Below, piece after piece: positions 1 through 12,630 of a stretch of 64,000 nt of DNA (position 1 is its first letter; every line of letters begins with the position of its first letter). A model generated the notes under the pieces. The model was given only the letters and a program-made list of their open reading frames with translations, was not told where the DNA came from and did not search any database. A program made the translations under genes and the position numbers. This stretch comes from Lepidodermella squamata (taxonomy: Eukaryota > Animalia > Gastrotricha), in NCBI GenBank assembly GCA_047495785.1, contig JBLDXI010000028.1:1736001-1800000 (forward strand). The letters run 5' to 3'.

Positions 1-61
1 ATAACCCTCATTCGCCACTTCTTCTAAGACAATTTTACTAAGCGTGAAAACATTGATAAAT

Positions 62-220
62 CAATTTCAGACTTGCGAGAGGCGATGGTACCATTTCACT
101 ACGCAGAATGATTAAGAAAAGACTTGCTTACACCAAAAACCAGAAAACGATGGCGCCGATTATACGAGGCTAGCGTGCAAGAATCATAGAAGTAATATCA
201 GATATCAGTAAAGAATGTCT
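62..220 (+). pseudogene. Degenerate fragment of Kunitz gene exon 3
   Basis: Aligns with 4291-4445 (tttcag acceptor, gaaaagacttgctta, aaaaccaga, tggcgccgat, ctagcgtgcaagaatc) but has a TAA in place of a Cys codon and indels. Positions ~15-60 match the intergenic 4855-4900. Confidence 0.8.
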
Positions 221-358
221 ACTCACGAGAAAAGGGGTGTAACGCCATGGGCGCCACAGATGTCCTGCTGATTCATCAATTTCTTGAAATCGGAAAATTT
301 AACATTTCCTCCATTTATTTCTTAGCGATGAAAAGTGGCATTGTGAAGAATCAAATGC

Positions 359-1495
359 CATCAGGGAAGCCCTTTGAGCCCGCTTCTATTCATCTTCTAC
401 TGCGCAGATATGCAGCCCCTTAGAGTCAACCCCGACGACGGCCGAAAAATCGTGGGCACCGGTACCTATGCTGATGACGCTGCAAACTGGGCATGGGGGC
501 TCCATTATGAGCAATGTGTTTCGCGGCTTCAGTCTCGCTTACGTTCGACAGAAACCTGGTGTGCTAGATGGCGACTTGACCTCAACCCGACAACGTGCGA
601 GTGTATTATAATCGGTCATCATGGCGCCTCCTCCCCCTCCGTCCTATTGTCTATTGGTGGTGTGCGAATCCCGCAAGTGAAAGAGGTTAAGTACCTCGGA
701 ATCACATTGACTTCGAAACTCTCGTGGGAGAGTCATCTTGATCGGCTCTCAGCGAAAATTAAACCGCGAGCTGCATGCTTACGAGGTATCGCCGCACGAA
801 AGGTTGTCCCTAGTGACCTCTGCCTTCTATTCAGCAAAGTCCTTATTGAAAGTGTACTTACCTACGGTTCACCAGCTTGGTACTGTCTTCCCAAGTCGTC
901 CGAGCTACGCCTGTTCGGTTTCCAGGCCCACGGCTTGAAAGCTGCCTTGGATCTGCCCATTGAGTGCGACCCATTCGGTGTTGTCGTCGAAGCTGGCGTG
1001 GAAGCTATCAGCGACATATTTGAGCATCAACTGATGCGGTACGCCACGAGGTGCCTCAACGCAAGTAACGGAATGAAGGATTACATATCCTACGTTGCGA
1101 GCTTCCAGCCCGACGCCTTCGGCCTCCGAATGCTGGAGAAGCACTGTCCAGCATGGCACTTGCGAGACTGCATTGATGCCCCGGCCAAGCCCTGCCGCCT
1201 CATATGCGACATTTTCCCTAAAAGCTAATATGAGCCTGTTGTTTCCCTGTATTCCTTTAGGTGCCCTTGTGATCCTCGCCCTCCTGAGCCCCTCTCGAGT
1301 CAAATAACACGTAAGCTAACCGTTAATGAATTTATCCCTGCCTTGCCTTACAGAGCCCTGAGCCTGAGCCTGAGCCTGAGCCGTCATGAGCCTGACCCTT
1401 GAGCCTTGAGCCTTTCTGAACCTGAGCCTTGTCTTCATGAGCTGGAACAGCCCTGCCCTGCCCGTAAGCCCCTTAATTGCCGCTAACAAACCTCG
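359..1495 (+). mobile_element. 5'-truncated non-LTR retrotransposon (LINE): RT C-terminal half plus 3' UTR
   Basis: QGSPLSPLLF, YADD, KYLGITL and LTYGSPAW RT motifs in an open frame ending at 1228, followed by a C-rich UTR. Confidence 0.9.
1354..1432 (+). repeat. (CCTGAG)n degenerate hexamer repeat in the LINE 3' UTR
   Basis: gccctgagcctgagcctgagcctgagcc followed by variant units. Confidence 0.85.
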
Positions 1496-3311
1496 ATATT
1501 TTTCAGACCCACTCAATGGGTGCAACGAGCCCGAACTCACGATCGCCTTTTTCTACTTTTCTACAAAAACGCACAAAAAGCCACAAAAAATCGACAAAAA
1601 TCTGAAAAACAAAAATAATATAACATAAAACTGCAAAATATGAACTGCCTATGATCATGCTCAATTTATCACTGTTACGAGCCCTAAATAGCATGGGGGC
1701 AATATATGTTTCACGTTATATATGTTAACCATATGTGCCTATAGCGCCGGCCGGCGGAGGGCCTACATAAATAAAACTACGACATGCTATCAGATAGATC
1801 TCTTCAAGAGGAACACGATGACATTTTTTACTTAATTTTAAAAATAAAGGAACTGTGAAAAATGAGGAAATATGTTTTTTTTGCATTCGGAAACAACCCA
1901 TGAAAACAGCTTCAAAAAAGTTAAATTGAGCGACTTTTTGAGTAAAATCGAGTCTTCATACCAAGAGCTACGCTTTGATACTTGGAGCGATCTTGGTTAA
2001 TTTTTTCCTGATTTTCTGGGAATTTCGAAAATCTTTGGCGAATGGTATTGCATTGATTTTTGAGATTGACACTCCGCTGAATTATTTCCAACTGCGCCAT
2101 GTGGTTCCATCACACGTGCTCACACAAAAGGTTCAGGATTGAATCCTCAGTAATTTTGCATTGTTTTTTCTGGGCTGAATTCTCTAAAATTCCCAGAAAA
2201 TCAGTAAAAAGGCCCTACTACAATCTTTTTCCAGCTACGCCATGTGGGTGTGGCGCACGTGCTGTCAACAAAGATTCCAACTGGAAACCTCCAGTTTTGA
2301 AATAGCTGGAGGTTGAGATTTTTTTCCAAAATTCCTGGAAAATCAGTAAAAAATCATCGAAGGTCGCTCCAATTATTGAAATGTGGACCACGATGTGGGA
2401 TACCTGGACCACCAAAAAACTGCTTCAATTTCAATTTAAATGATCATGAAATATATTTTTATTTATAACTGCGAAACCGTTTTTTGTTTATAAAACCAGT
2501 GAAATTCCTTCAAAAATTTCGAAAAAATAACCAACGTGTTCCTCGTGATTTCCTCTGTCTGGATCCATCAACCAAACCCTTGGGAAAATCGAAACCGTCA
2601 CGGAACCAGTAAAAACAGAATCGAATATTTTGTTTACTTTTCCTCCAAGCGCTGATGAATCAGCTGACCATCTGGCGCCCATGGCGTAGAACCCTTTTTC
2701 TCGTGAATAAGCAGTCTATCCTAAATTAGGTATGACTATGATTTTAGGCCTCCAAGAAATTGATGAATCAACAGGACATCTGGCGCCCATGACATTACAC
2801 CCCAGTTCGAGGCCACAAAGAAAAGATCCTCGACTTTCAATTACCGTACTGCCCGAAATTAATGTCAGCCTCAAATAAATGTCAGGGTAGGGGTATTTCA
2901 ATTTTAGGACCCTCTTTTCTGAACGTTTCTCCGTGAGCCGGTAAACTTCGGTCGCTGGGTCGAGCATTCGAAAGTAATAAATGTCATGGTTTTTAATTCG
3001 GGCAGTACGGTAACAGGATCGCACGCATTGTTTTGACGTGGGCCCTTTCGAGTTTAATGGCAGTCATAGCTTCAAAGCAGCAATTACAAAATAAAGCAGT
3101 ACTTGAACATGATAAAATTCTTCTTCTGATTTATTACTAAACGTGAAATGTTTCCGAAAAGCTGCCTTTGTTATTTTTTGATAGCTCTATTGATTTTCCT
3201 GACGTTGGTAAAAAATTGAATGCAAAATGTTAACCACTTTGAAATGAATTTGTACTAACCATAAACGCAAAACTGTATTTCTGGTTTAAAAAAAATAGTT
3301 CAATCAACAAA

Positions 3312-3448
3312 CATTTCAACGTCTAAATAAGGATCCCTTTCGTCACTATAATCACTATAATTATAGGGCCATGGATTGCATTAAACTTGTCCCAGCAAAA
3401 CAACGCTTCTCATCATTTTCCGGAGGAGTAGCCCAGTAACCCATCAGG
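3312..3448 (-). pseudogene. 3'-end fragment of a lipase paralogue
   Basis: Matches 5033-5157, including a shared tcattttccggaggagtagcccagtaacccatcagg (LMGYWATPPEN), and truncates abruptly at 3448. Confidence 0.85.
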
Positions 3449-3852
3449 TGAGCGCTCAGGTCAGAATGCCTAAAAGCTTGATCATTATCTGTAGTAGATT
3501 TCGCAGTTGCTTTTTAGGTTTTCTTTTCGAAAAACTTTCCATCGCTGTGAAGATACCTGAAACATAAAACAATTACTATAATTTTTATCGTGGTGCAAGG
3601 TGTCAGATTCGTATGGATTGCTCAGCCAAAGCAATTTTGGGTAACGAAAATTAACATTTCTTCCTAGAATCAGTTTATTGCCTAAAAATACACTGCAGTT
3701 GAGTTGTATTCTGATTCCGATTTTTATTGGTTTGCTGACACATTTAAGTCTTGATTTTCGAGAATTCCGCAGCAGTATCACTTTCATTTTCCTAACGAAG
3801 CTAAAATTGCTTTTCAACATCTGTGAAATTACGCATTTAAAAATACGAAATC

Positions 3853-4705
3853 ATGCTCTATTTGACTCTGATTCTGTTGATTGTACTTGCCCATGCGTCG
3901 GCAGCTATTTCTAGTCAGCCTTCACCCAACTGTACCACGCCTGATTATGAATTAAGTTGCGAGCAAACCGGTACAGCTTGGCGTTACAATCCGAGTCTCG
4001 GCTACTGCGAGAAGCAGCCGGTGAGTTGACTCCAGTATCTTACCATTTCTGATTATTTTGAGGATGACTTATCTACAGACCTGCGAGCAGACCAGTCAGA
4101 ACGCATTCAAGACAGAAGCAATGTGTCTTAAAGAATGCCGGCCTATACCTGACAAATGCAAAGTCTGGTTCGTGGAATTTTGTGCGGTTAGCTTGCCTAG
4201 TTATGCCTGGACTTTGGAACCGTCTTCATACTCCTGCAAATACAATGCGGTAAGTGTCAAACCTCGAGGACTATAGGGGATAACAATTAATCATTTTCAG
4301 AATTCTGGGCGTAGAAGTTATCATTTCGATACACAGAGTGATTGTGAAAAGACTTGCTTACCGCGAAAACCAGACAATGATGGCGCCGATAATGAGACTA
4401 GCGTGCAAGAATCGAATGAGGACAATGATCGACCACGGGAGTGCTTTCTTCCACTCAAACAAGGCACTTGTCTAAAGAAGCTCACGGTCGATCGTTCAGT
4501 CCCTAAGAGCTACTACTACGACAAAGAGTGGCGAGAATGCTTTTCTTTTCCCTATTTAGTATGGCTTCCTTAAATTGAAATTCCATCGTAAATGTTTAAC
4601 CTTTAGGGTAATTTGCCTGGTTGCAAAGGTGGGAACGAAAACCGATTTTCAACTAAGAAACAGTGTGAAAAAGTTTGCGTGAAAGATGATGATCTTGATG
4701 ACTGA
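3853..4705 (+). CDS. Secreted three-domain Kunitz/BPTI-like protein 1 (231 aa)
   Basis: Exons 3853-4020, 4079-4249, 4301-4558, 4607-4705 with phase-0 GT-AG introns. Signal peptide MLYLTLILLIVLAHASA; C-terminal GCKGGNENRFSTKKQCEKVC; AATAAA at 4742. Confidence 0.9.
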
Positions 4706-5015
4706 TAGCCGCTCGAGGCCCGTTTGACAATTTGATGTCACAATAAAATTCATCGGCATTCGTTTCGCCAAAACGTAAAATATGTGGATACAGATGACAG
4801 TTTAATCATAGCTTTCTAACAGGAATCGCATATTAGAGCATAGCACCATTGACAACTTCTTCTACGACAATTTTACTAAGCGTGAAAACATAGATAAAAA
4901 CCTGCCAGTTCCTTTACCTCTTTTTATAGCTCGTTGTGCGATTTTCCTGAAATCAATAAAATAGAATTTGCGTTACCGCAGAACTTTATTTCTAATTTAA
5001 AACAATAACAATAAT

Positions 5016-6579
5016 TTAATCAGCAAAAATCTTGTCCACGTCTAAATAAGGCTCTCCTTCATCACTGTAATTATAAGGCCAGGGGTTGCATTTACTTGTC
5101 CCAACAAAACAGCGCTTCTCCTCATTTTCCGGAGGAGTAGCCCAGTAACCCATCAGGAAACGGTTTCGCCAATTGCTGCAGAATTCATAAGTGCAATTAG
5201 CTTCAAGCTGCCGTTGAAAGAACGCTTCATGCTGGGTCGAAAGTACCGATAAACAAGAGCAGTACTCCATGCGACATGACGGCACGATGCTTGAAGTGAA
5301 AACGTCGATAGCCAGATAATGCGAGCAAGTGTTTGCGTTGAATTCGTTCACCTTGTTCGAAGTGTGGCGGGATAAACCACCCAACGCGATTTCGCCAACA
5401 GTTTTATCGCCGGAGAAGCCATTCGGCGAACCAGTTAGATAGCTGACAACGTCATCGTTATGCGCCCAATCGATGCCTTTTATGAAGGTTGACAGAAAGT
5501 GCTTCCAGCCATCGATTTCTTTACCGAGTTGTAACTTCGGCTGTTGAGGTATCTGCCTTCGTTTCCGTTTCAGCCGGATCTTCCCGTCGAATGGTTGAGG
5601 CTCCACATTGCAATCGGGCTGCGGTCTGGTTGGGTCATTCACGTAAAAGTCGACATGACCAATAGCTCGAAGAACACCTAGTATCGAAGTATGGACAACG
5701 TCGACAAATTCGGCATCAGCCTTGTCCAATCTCTCAGGACCATAGTGAGTGTCGAAAGCTGGGCCGGCAGGATCGAGTCCAGTTATCCGTCCCAAGCGGC
5801 CAGTTTTCAATGACTTTCCGACAAAACCGCAGACGTGCGCTGGAAAATACATCAAAGTAATCTAAGAAACGAATTGGACCTTGCTTACCTCCAAGGCTGA
5901 AACCAATGCAATGGACTGTAGCTAGATCGATGTGGGGTTCTGATTCCAGAAAACCGGCAACAACGGAACCGACAAATTTGACATTCTGAGCAGGAACAGC
6001 GTAAAGTTTGTCCAGCTTCCAAAACCGGAGCCAATCGCCGCCGTATGGCGACGCGCTGCTCGACCAATCGACCAACATCAGATCAGAATCAGGCTGAGAA
6101 GTCCTGCTGTTTGATTTATCGAGATTCAGAAAGTTTAGGCTTACGGTTATAAATCGCAGAGCGGAAATAAGGTTTCGATGAGGAGCTTGCTTCCAAGTTG
6201 CTGCCGAGCCGGAAAATCCGTGAATAAGAATGATAAGCTTCCATGGGTTGAGTTGCGTACTATGCCACATCATTCATGGAATAAGGATAGAGACATTTTC
6301 GGAGAATTACCTGCTTCTTATGGGTTCCAAGTTGAATCTTTGCTTGTTCCATCTGAAAAACTTCACACTCTCAGCAACATCTCTGGGTATAGGAAGCTGG
6401 GGTCGAGGAGCTGTTTCATTTCTTGTGGGTGATTCGGTCTTCTCATCTGGCGAACAGTAAGTAGTAGCTGTCTGACCTGTTGGATCGCTGTCATCTCGAT
6501 AAGTGACACATTCTGGGGAAACGCTCAGAACGGAAAACGATAGTGTGAAAATTATGACGAAAGGTAATTTTATTTTCAT
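5016..6579 (-). CDS. Secreted pancreatic-lipase / phospholipase A1 family protein (~470 aa)
   Basis: Exons 6579-6311, 6259-6145, 6093-5889, 5839-5016. Signal peptide, IIHGF-type oxyanion motif (ILIHGF), VDW, GFSLGAH (catalytic Ser), RITGLDPAGP (Asp), DAEFVDVVHT, GHVDFYVN and CSH (His). No C-terminal PLAT domain apparent. Confidence 0.92.
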
Positions 6580-6883
6580 GGCAAATCAGTAAGGAATAAT
6601 TAGAATTTAGTTTACATTGAATTGGTCGATTTGAATATTAGGGCTAATATTTGCTTAGAATGGTTCATTTAGACAAACAACAAACCCTACCTTTTAAAAT
6701 TTTTGAGATATTTATGCAAAAATTCACGAATTCTGGTCCTTATTTCGAATATTTCGAAAAAACCTACTCAAAAATTAATCTGTGAATGGTTGTTGTATAA
6801 AAAACAAAACGCACGCGCTTGGAAATAATGCATGAAAAGGTTGCTCTAAAGAGGCCAATACATTAAAAGGTTTTGCTTTCAAA

Positions 6884-8428
6884 ATGACTTTTGTGACCTT
6901 GGATCGTTTCCGAATCACAATAGCCCCGCTAGCTTTAAGCTGTTCACTTGCCATCTATGTACTCATCTTTCAGAACATAGGGTTGAACAGTCCGTTATTC
7001 TCGTCTATAACCCAAAAAGCATGGTCTGAAAGTAACTTTTTCGAAGAGCAATGCAGAGCATTACTGAGAGAACCCGGTGACTGCGCTTCGCTGATTAAAG
7101 CCAACGTTTCTCGCGGCAAATGGATTGACCCGACGGGCGCAAACTTCTCGAGAACTCATTTGGATCTCAGTCGTGTTGTCCTTGTCATCTACTTCAACGA
7201 TCCTCTATACGTTACAGCGGCAAAAAACTACGCACTCTACCGAAGGTAAGATTCTCAATAGAAATGTCGAGTAGATAGTCATTCCAGATTTTTACAGGAT
7301 ATTCGGTGAAATTATGTTCTGCGGCCCTGAAGACAGCGAAAAGACAAACTTCTGGCCTTTATGGCAAGTGGTGCGCGAAAAAATGCCACAATTATCCCTA
7401 CCGGAGCGTGTCAAATTCTTAACTTATCCCAAACCTAAATGGGACAACGGCGAATCGGCTTACCTCTGCTTCAACCAAGCGCTGGACACGATTTGGCAGG
7501 CTGATTTCGATGGCATATTGGTCGCAGCTGATGACGTTCTGCTGAATTATTGGCAGTGGGGCGGGCCAAATGATGTGAAAAGAAGCCTGGATAAAAACTG
7601 GTTTATGATGATGCAGTACCCTGGTTTGCGGCCAAGAGATGTCACAAGGTACTTTGTCATCCATCAAGTTGATTCGGTGAGTAAAATTCATAGCATCTCA
7701 TCTTCTCCAATCTATGAAAATAAAAGGGAGGGGGTTGTGTTGGCCTGAACTCGAATAATTCCGTCGATTGCGAGAAATCATCAAACTGGGTGTATACTAC
7801 CCGGTACAAAGAAGAGCTGACATCCTTTTACAACGAATTCGATTCGCTAGCCAATTCCAGCTCGGAATTCTGGCAGCGGGCTCATCAAAACCTTCTGAAT
7901 GCAACGTACGGTCCGAGACGTGTGATGTTCAGCGGCGGCGACTTTTTCTACATTACGAAATCGCAATGGTACTCTTTTGCTGAAATCTTCAATTTGATGG
8001 CAAAGTAACAAATCGCTATTCCCTATTTTGAATGTAGTTTGATTTTATTTTGGATTTTCAGACACAAGGTATGGCTCGAACTCGCAGTTGGATCCTCTGT
8101 TTGCGCTCTTCTCCAGCCCGATGATGTCCAATTGCTGAGCTTGGCCGGGCAAGACTGGTCTAATGGTCCGATTCGAGTGAATCCTATAGGCGCACTCTAC
8201 GACATGACACTGCCTTACATGCATCCAATCAAACTGAGCTCGGTTTTCCAAGAAAAATTGGCGTATCCAAAGGAGCTGATGGGTATTATCGCCAATAAGT
8301 CTGCAATAAAAGTACACAGCAGCAATACTGGCCGCTACCTTAAGAATGACACAACCAAAAACTGCGTCTTTTGTCATGTTCTCAGCATCTCATTGAAAGA
8401 CTTGCTTGAAAACAAAGAGATTCACTGA
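6884..8428 (+). CDS. Type II membrane protein, STELLO/DUF288 C-terminal-like putative glycosyltransferase A (461 aa)
   Basis: Exons 6884-7245, 7298-7676, 7727-8004, 8062-8428. N-terminal TM anchor; VLVIYFN..LY...IMFCGP, G..AYLC, GILVAADDVLLNYW, GDFFYI, VWLELAV and HPIK motifs as recalled for STELLO/DUF288 C-terminal halves. Confidence 0.8.
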
Positions 8429-8600
8429 AAATAAAAAGCAATCATCTACAAAATGAGACAAAATGATTTTGCGTTTAACGTGTAACATGGGTGATGACCT
8501 CAATAAACTACAAATCGCTTATTTCATTTCATTCATGAAATAGGCACACGACGTGTTAGTCGAAACGTATGCTTTTCACCGTATTTTTTTTATTTTCCTA

Positions 8601-10095
8601 ATGGTTTCATTACCAATCAAACGATCGTGTAGAGTCCTGCTTTTAATATCTTGTAGCCTTTTCACGGTTTACCTTTTCGTCTCGCCCTACAACTCGAATC
8701 TGGTAACAAATCAGGAAGCACGACGCAGCAATTATTTCGAGGATAAATGCCGCGACCTGTTACAAAACTCGCCTGAATGCTCGGCCCTTGTTGACGACAA
8801 CGTCTCGAAAGGAAAATGGTTCGCACGACAGAACGAAAACCTCACTAGCCATTTACAGCTGAGTCGAGTTTTGCTTGTCATATATTTCAACGACCCACTC
8901 TACATTACAGCAGCCAAAAATTACGCGCTCTATCGAGGGTAAATTGTCTTGATATCGGTTAATTACCAAGAGGAACCTTTGATTATTCTAGAATTTTCGG
9001 TGGTATCATGTTTTGCGGCCCTGAGTCTGGAGATGAATCGAATTTCTGGCCACTCTGGAGAATTATTCGAAAGAGAATACCGGAACTCTCCCTGCCTGAA
9101 GAGTTCAAATTTGTGACATACCCGAAGCCAAAATGGGACAACGGTGAACTAGCATACATTTGCTTCAATCAAGCTCTCAATGCAATATGGCAAGCTAATT
9201 TTGACGGGATATTAGTAGCAGCTGATGACGTTATGCTCAACTACTGGAACTGGGGCGGGCCTGCTGATCTGAGATCTGTGGATAAAAACTGGTTCATGAT
9301 GAGTCATTACCCAGGTCAGCGTCCTCGCGAAGTAACACAGGCTGTAGTGATTCACCAAGTTGACACGGTAAACCATGGTGTACATAACCATGTTGGTGAA
9401 AAAATTATCTGATTTAGGGCGGTGGATGTCTCGGGTTGAGCTCGAATAATTCAGTTGATTGCGGAAACTCTTCGAGCTGGTTCTATACTTCAGTGTACAA
9501 GGATGCGCTTGTATCGTTTTTCGACGAATTTGATTCGTTAGCTGTGTCTGGCTCTCAATTCTGGCAGACGGCGCATCAAAACGCTGCTGATTGTACATTC
9601 GGTCCTCGGCGAATTCTGCATAGCGGAGGGGATTTTTTCTACATAGCTAAATCACAATGGTCATATTTTTCTGAAGTCTTCACATTGATGGCCAAGTAAG
9701 GTTTTATATAGCTTTTATCACTTTTATATCACTATCTGATCAGGCATGGGGTATGGCTGGAATTTGCAGTTGGAACGTCTGTTTGCGCCTTACTACGCCA
9801 AGAAGATGTCCAACTACTGAGCTTGGCCGGGCAAGACTGGTCGCATGGTGGCATTCGAACGAAACCAATTGGCGAGGTCTACGACATGTCACTGCCTTAT
9901 GTACACCCTGTCAAGCTAAGCTCAGTATTTGCTTCTGGGCTGACGCCTCCGAACGACCTGGCTGATGCCATCGCCAAAAAATCAGCCGTGAAATTGATCA
10001 GCACAAACACTGGTCGCTATCTTCAGAACGATACAACTAAGGACTGCGTTTATTGTTATGTCTTGAACATTGCGTCTCATTGGCGGCTTGATTAG
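8601..10095 (+). CDS. STELLO/DUF288 C-terminal-like putative glycosyltransferase B (447 aa), tandem paralogue
   Basis: Exons 8601-8938, 8992-9367, 9418-9695, 9744-10095. Intron positions and motifs are the same as in paralogue A. Confidence 0.8.
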
Positions 10096-10556
10096 AGGCC
10101 CGATAAATATGATGGGAACGAATAAAGGAAATCCTTGATTAACATGGCTGTCATTCAAAAGATAGGCTGAATCGTGGTTCCCGATTTGCTTTGTGTACCA
10201 TTAACAAGGTTATACAAGTCGCTTGAGATCACAGTCATTAAGTTGCCTATATAAGGGCCTGTATTACTGGGAAAGTATATACCATGTTGTACGCCGGAGA
10301 CCGATAATGCAATTTTCATTACTTTCGCTGGCCAATTTTCTCTCATTTACCCGCGCCACTATTATAAGACGGAAATAAGGATAGTTGGCAGATCGATTTG
10401 CGGCTGCTTATAGGCGCGCGCCTAAAGAAGCTGACAACAGCAATTACTTAGGCCGTCGTAATTCGAAAATTACGTGATATAGAAAAGGACGCAAAGTAGT
10501 ATGCTAAAAAAAATGGCAGCTGAGCCATAATACATAGAGCGATTCGGCAAAAATAT

Positions 10557-12111
10557 ATGTACCCCCGCATGGATTGCGACAGAAACACCCGCACGAAATG
10601 GCGACATTATCTCGAGATAATTGAAGGCGACATAAAGTCGAACAATCAGATGCTCGCTGAACAACACAGTGAGGAAATCCCTGCCAACTTTGACGAGATG
10701 GAATTCGAACTAGGTTCTGTCGTTGATATCTCGGATAGCCTAATCATCCCAGACGAGTACAAAGACATCATAAGATCAACGATGAAAGGTGAGTGATGAT
10801 TCATACTCCAAGTCCCATATGGTAAGCTATTACCCCTAAAATAGACCATATGATCACCCCTGGACAACTGCGATGTTACACCGAAGAGAGGCTTCGAGAG
10901 ATCTTCCCGAAAATAGGTCTGCGAAATGTGGTCCTCTCGTGGCAGAAAGAACCGGAGATCAGAAGACGCATAAATGATTTGGTAAGCTACTCCTGTTTCT
11001 CACCACAGACCCAATTAATGTCTTTCACCAGGCGCTGAATCGAGCCCATCAGTGGCACTTCTTCGCGATGAAGGGGAACATTGCCGCTTTGCGAATGCTT
11101 GTCTCGGAACTTGTCTCCCGGCTTCCTGATGAAGTGATCTCTGTAAGCCAAACGAAATTGCTCACGTGCCTTAGACCTCTCATCGAGCATAGGAGTGACA
11201 ATGTCCACAGATACACTGCCCTATTTGAAGCCGTCATTTTCGGCCATCTCGAACTTGTGGAGTATCTTGTTATGGAATTAAGATCTGACGTGTATTCCAG
11301 AGATTCTTCAAACGCGACAGTTCTTCATGTAGCTGCAGAGCATGGTCATGTTGACATTCTTCACTTCTTCATGAACTTCAGAGATCTCTTAGAATCTACA
11401 GATAGATCAGGAGACACGCCGTTATGCCGAGCAGCAGCGCATGGTCGTCTCAATGTTGTAGAGTACCTTGTAATCAAGGCGAAGGCTGACGTCGAGGCAA
11501 GGGGTCAATACGGTCGAACTCCTTTGTTGTTAGCCGCCGAGTACGGCCGACTTGATGTTGTTCGATTCTTGGTCGAATTTGGTGCCAATTTGGATGCGAC
11601 AGTTAATGGATCGACCAAATCTACCGCAATCCATCTAGCTTCTTACAAATCTGGTGATGTTGGCTTAGTAGACTATCTGCTAAATGAGAGACCATACTGG
11701 CTAGAGCTTGAGAATAAGGAAGGCGATACGCCGTTGCATCTAGCTGCTCTTGGTGGTCATTTGGCTTTGGTGGAGTATTTCGCCCAAGCTCGAAAGGCGG
11801 ACGTCGATGCGGTTGGATGTTTAGGTAGGACGCCTCTTCACGCCGCGGCTAGGAAGGGACATTTAGAGCTGGTGAAGTTTTTCTGTGAGAGGACGAATGC
11901 CGATGTGGAGGCGAGAGATTTCGAGGGCAATACGCCGGTTTCTGTCGCTGCGTTGGGGGGCTGGACGAAGGTGGTCAAGTACTTCCTGGAGGTGAGGCCA
12001 GATTTGCTGGAAATTGAAAACGACTCTGGCAGGACATTGCTGGATCTTGCGAAAATTTCGAAAAGACCAGAAGTTGTGTTTCTACTTCAGTCACGAGGCG
12101 CTGCTCGTTGA
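10557..12111 (+). CDS. Ankyrin-repeat protein with an N-terminal SAM-like domain (~482 aa)
   Basis: Exons 10557-10788, 10845-10981, 11032-12111. About 9 ANK repeats (GDTPLHLAA..GH); DHMITPGQLRCYTEERLREIFPKIGLR resembles the SAM consensus. The start codon is uncertain. Confidence 0.85.
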
Positions 12112-12211
12112 AATAACTCATTTTAGAATATATTTTTATTTATTTCGAGTTTTTGTGCACAACTTCTTGCGGAGAATAAAAGATTAAAATTATGATTCGT
12201 GGACTTTTAAT

Positions 12212-12630
12212 TTAAGGTTGTACGACTTTTCAGCAGGGACATTTCAGCAAATGAGGGTCAAATTATCAGTGACTTTTCATCAGTGACAAATGAGCAATGA
12301 CATTTGAGCTGCGACATTTGTGCAGTGACAAATCATCAGTGCCAAGTCAGCGGGGATTTTTGTTAATTCTTCCTATATTTTTTCAAATTTATTATTTTTA
12401 TCTCAGTGACATTTCAGCAGAGACATTTCATCAGGAGAATTGTAGCCATATTAAGCAGGGGGCCTTTGCGCTGCATTGAAGTTGAGCTCAAAAAGTGTAA
12501 GTTCAATCCTCAAGATTAATAAATAAAAATCGATGAAGTGTCACTTGCTCATTTGTCACTGTTGAAAAGTCACTGCTGATTTGACCCTCATTTGCTGAAG
12601 TGTCACTGCTGAAAAGTCTGACCACGTTAA
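12212..12630. mobile_element. MITE with ~90-bp TIRs flanked by TTAA
   Basis: gacttttcagcagggacatttcagcaaatgagggtcaaat on the left vs atttgaccctcatttgctgaagtgtcactgctgaaaagtc on the right; internal CAGTGACA subrepeats; TTAA on both sides. Confidence 0.85.

Larger units (their letters stand above)
222..2707. mobile_element. Unclassified non-autonomous TIR DNA element with a nested LINE fragment
   Basis: Imperfect ~65-bp inverted termini: CTCACGAGAAAAGGGGTGTAACGCCATGGGCGCC at 222 vs GGCGCCCATGGCGTAGAACCCTTTTTCTCGTGAA ending at 2707, with TA on both flanks. An extra partial TIR copy lies at 2753-2803. Confidence 0.65.
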
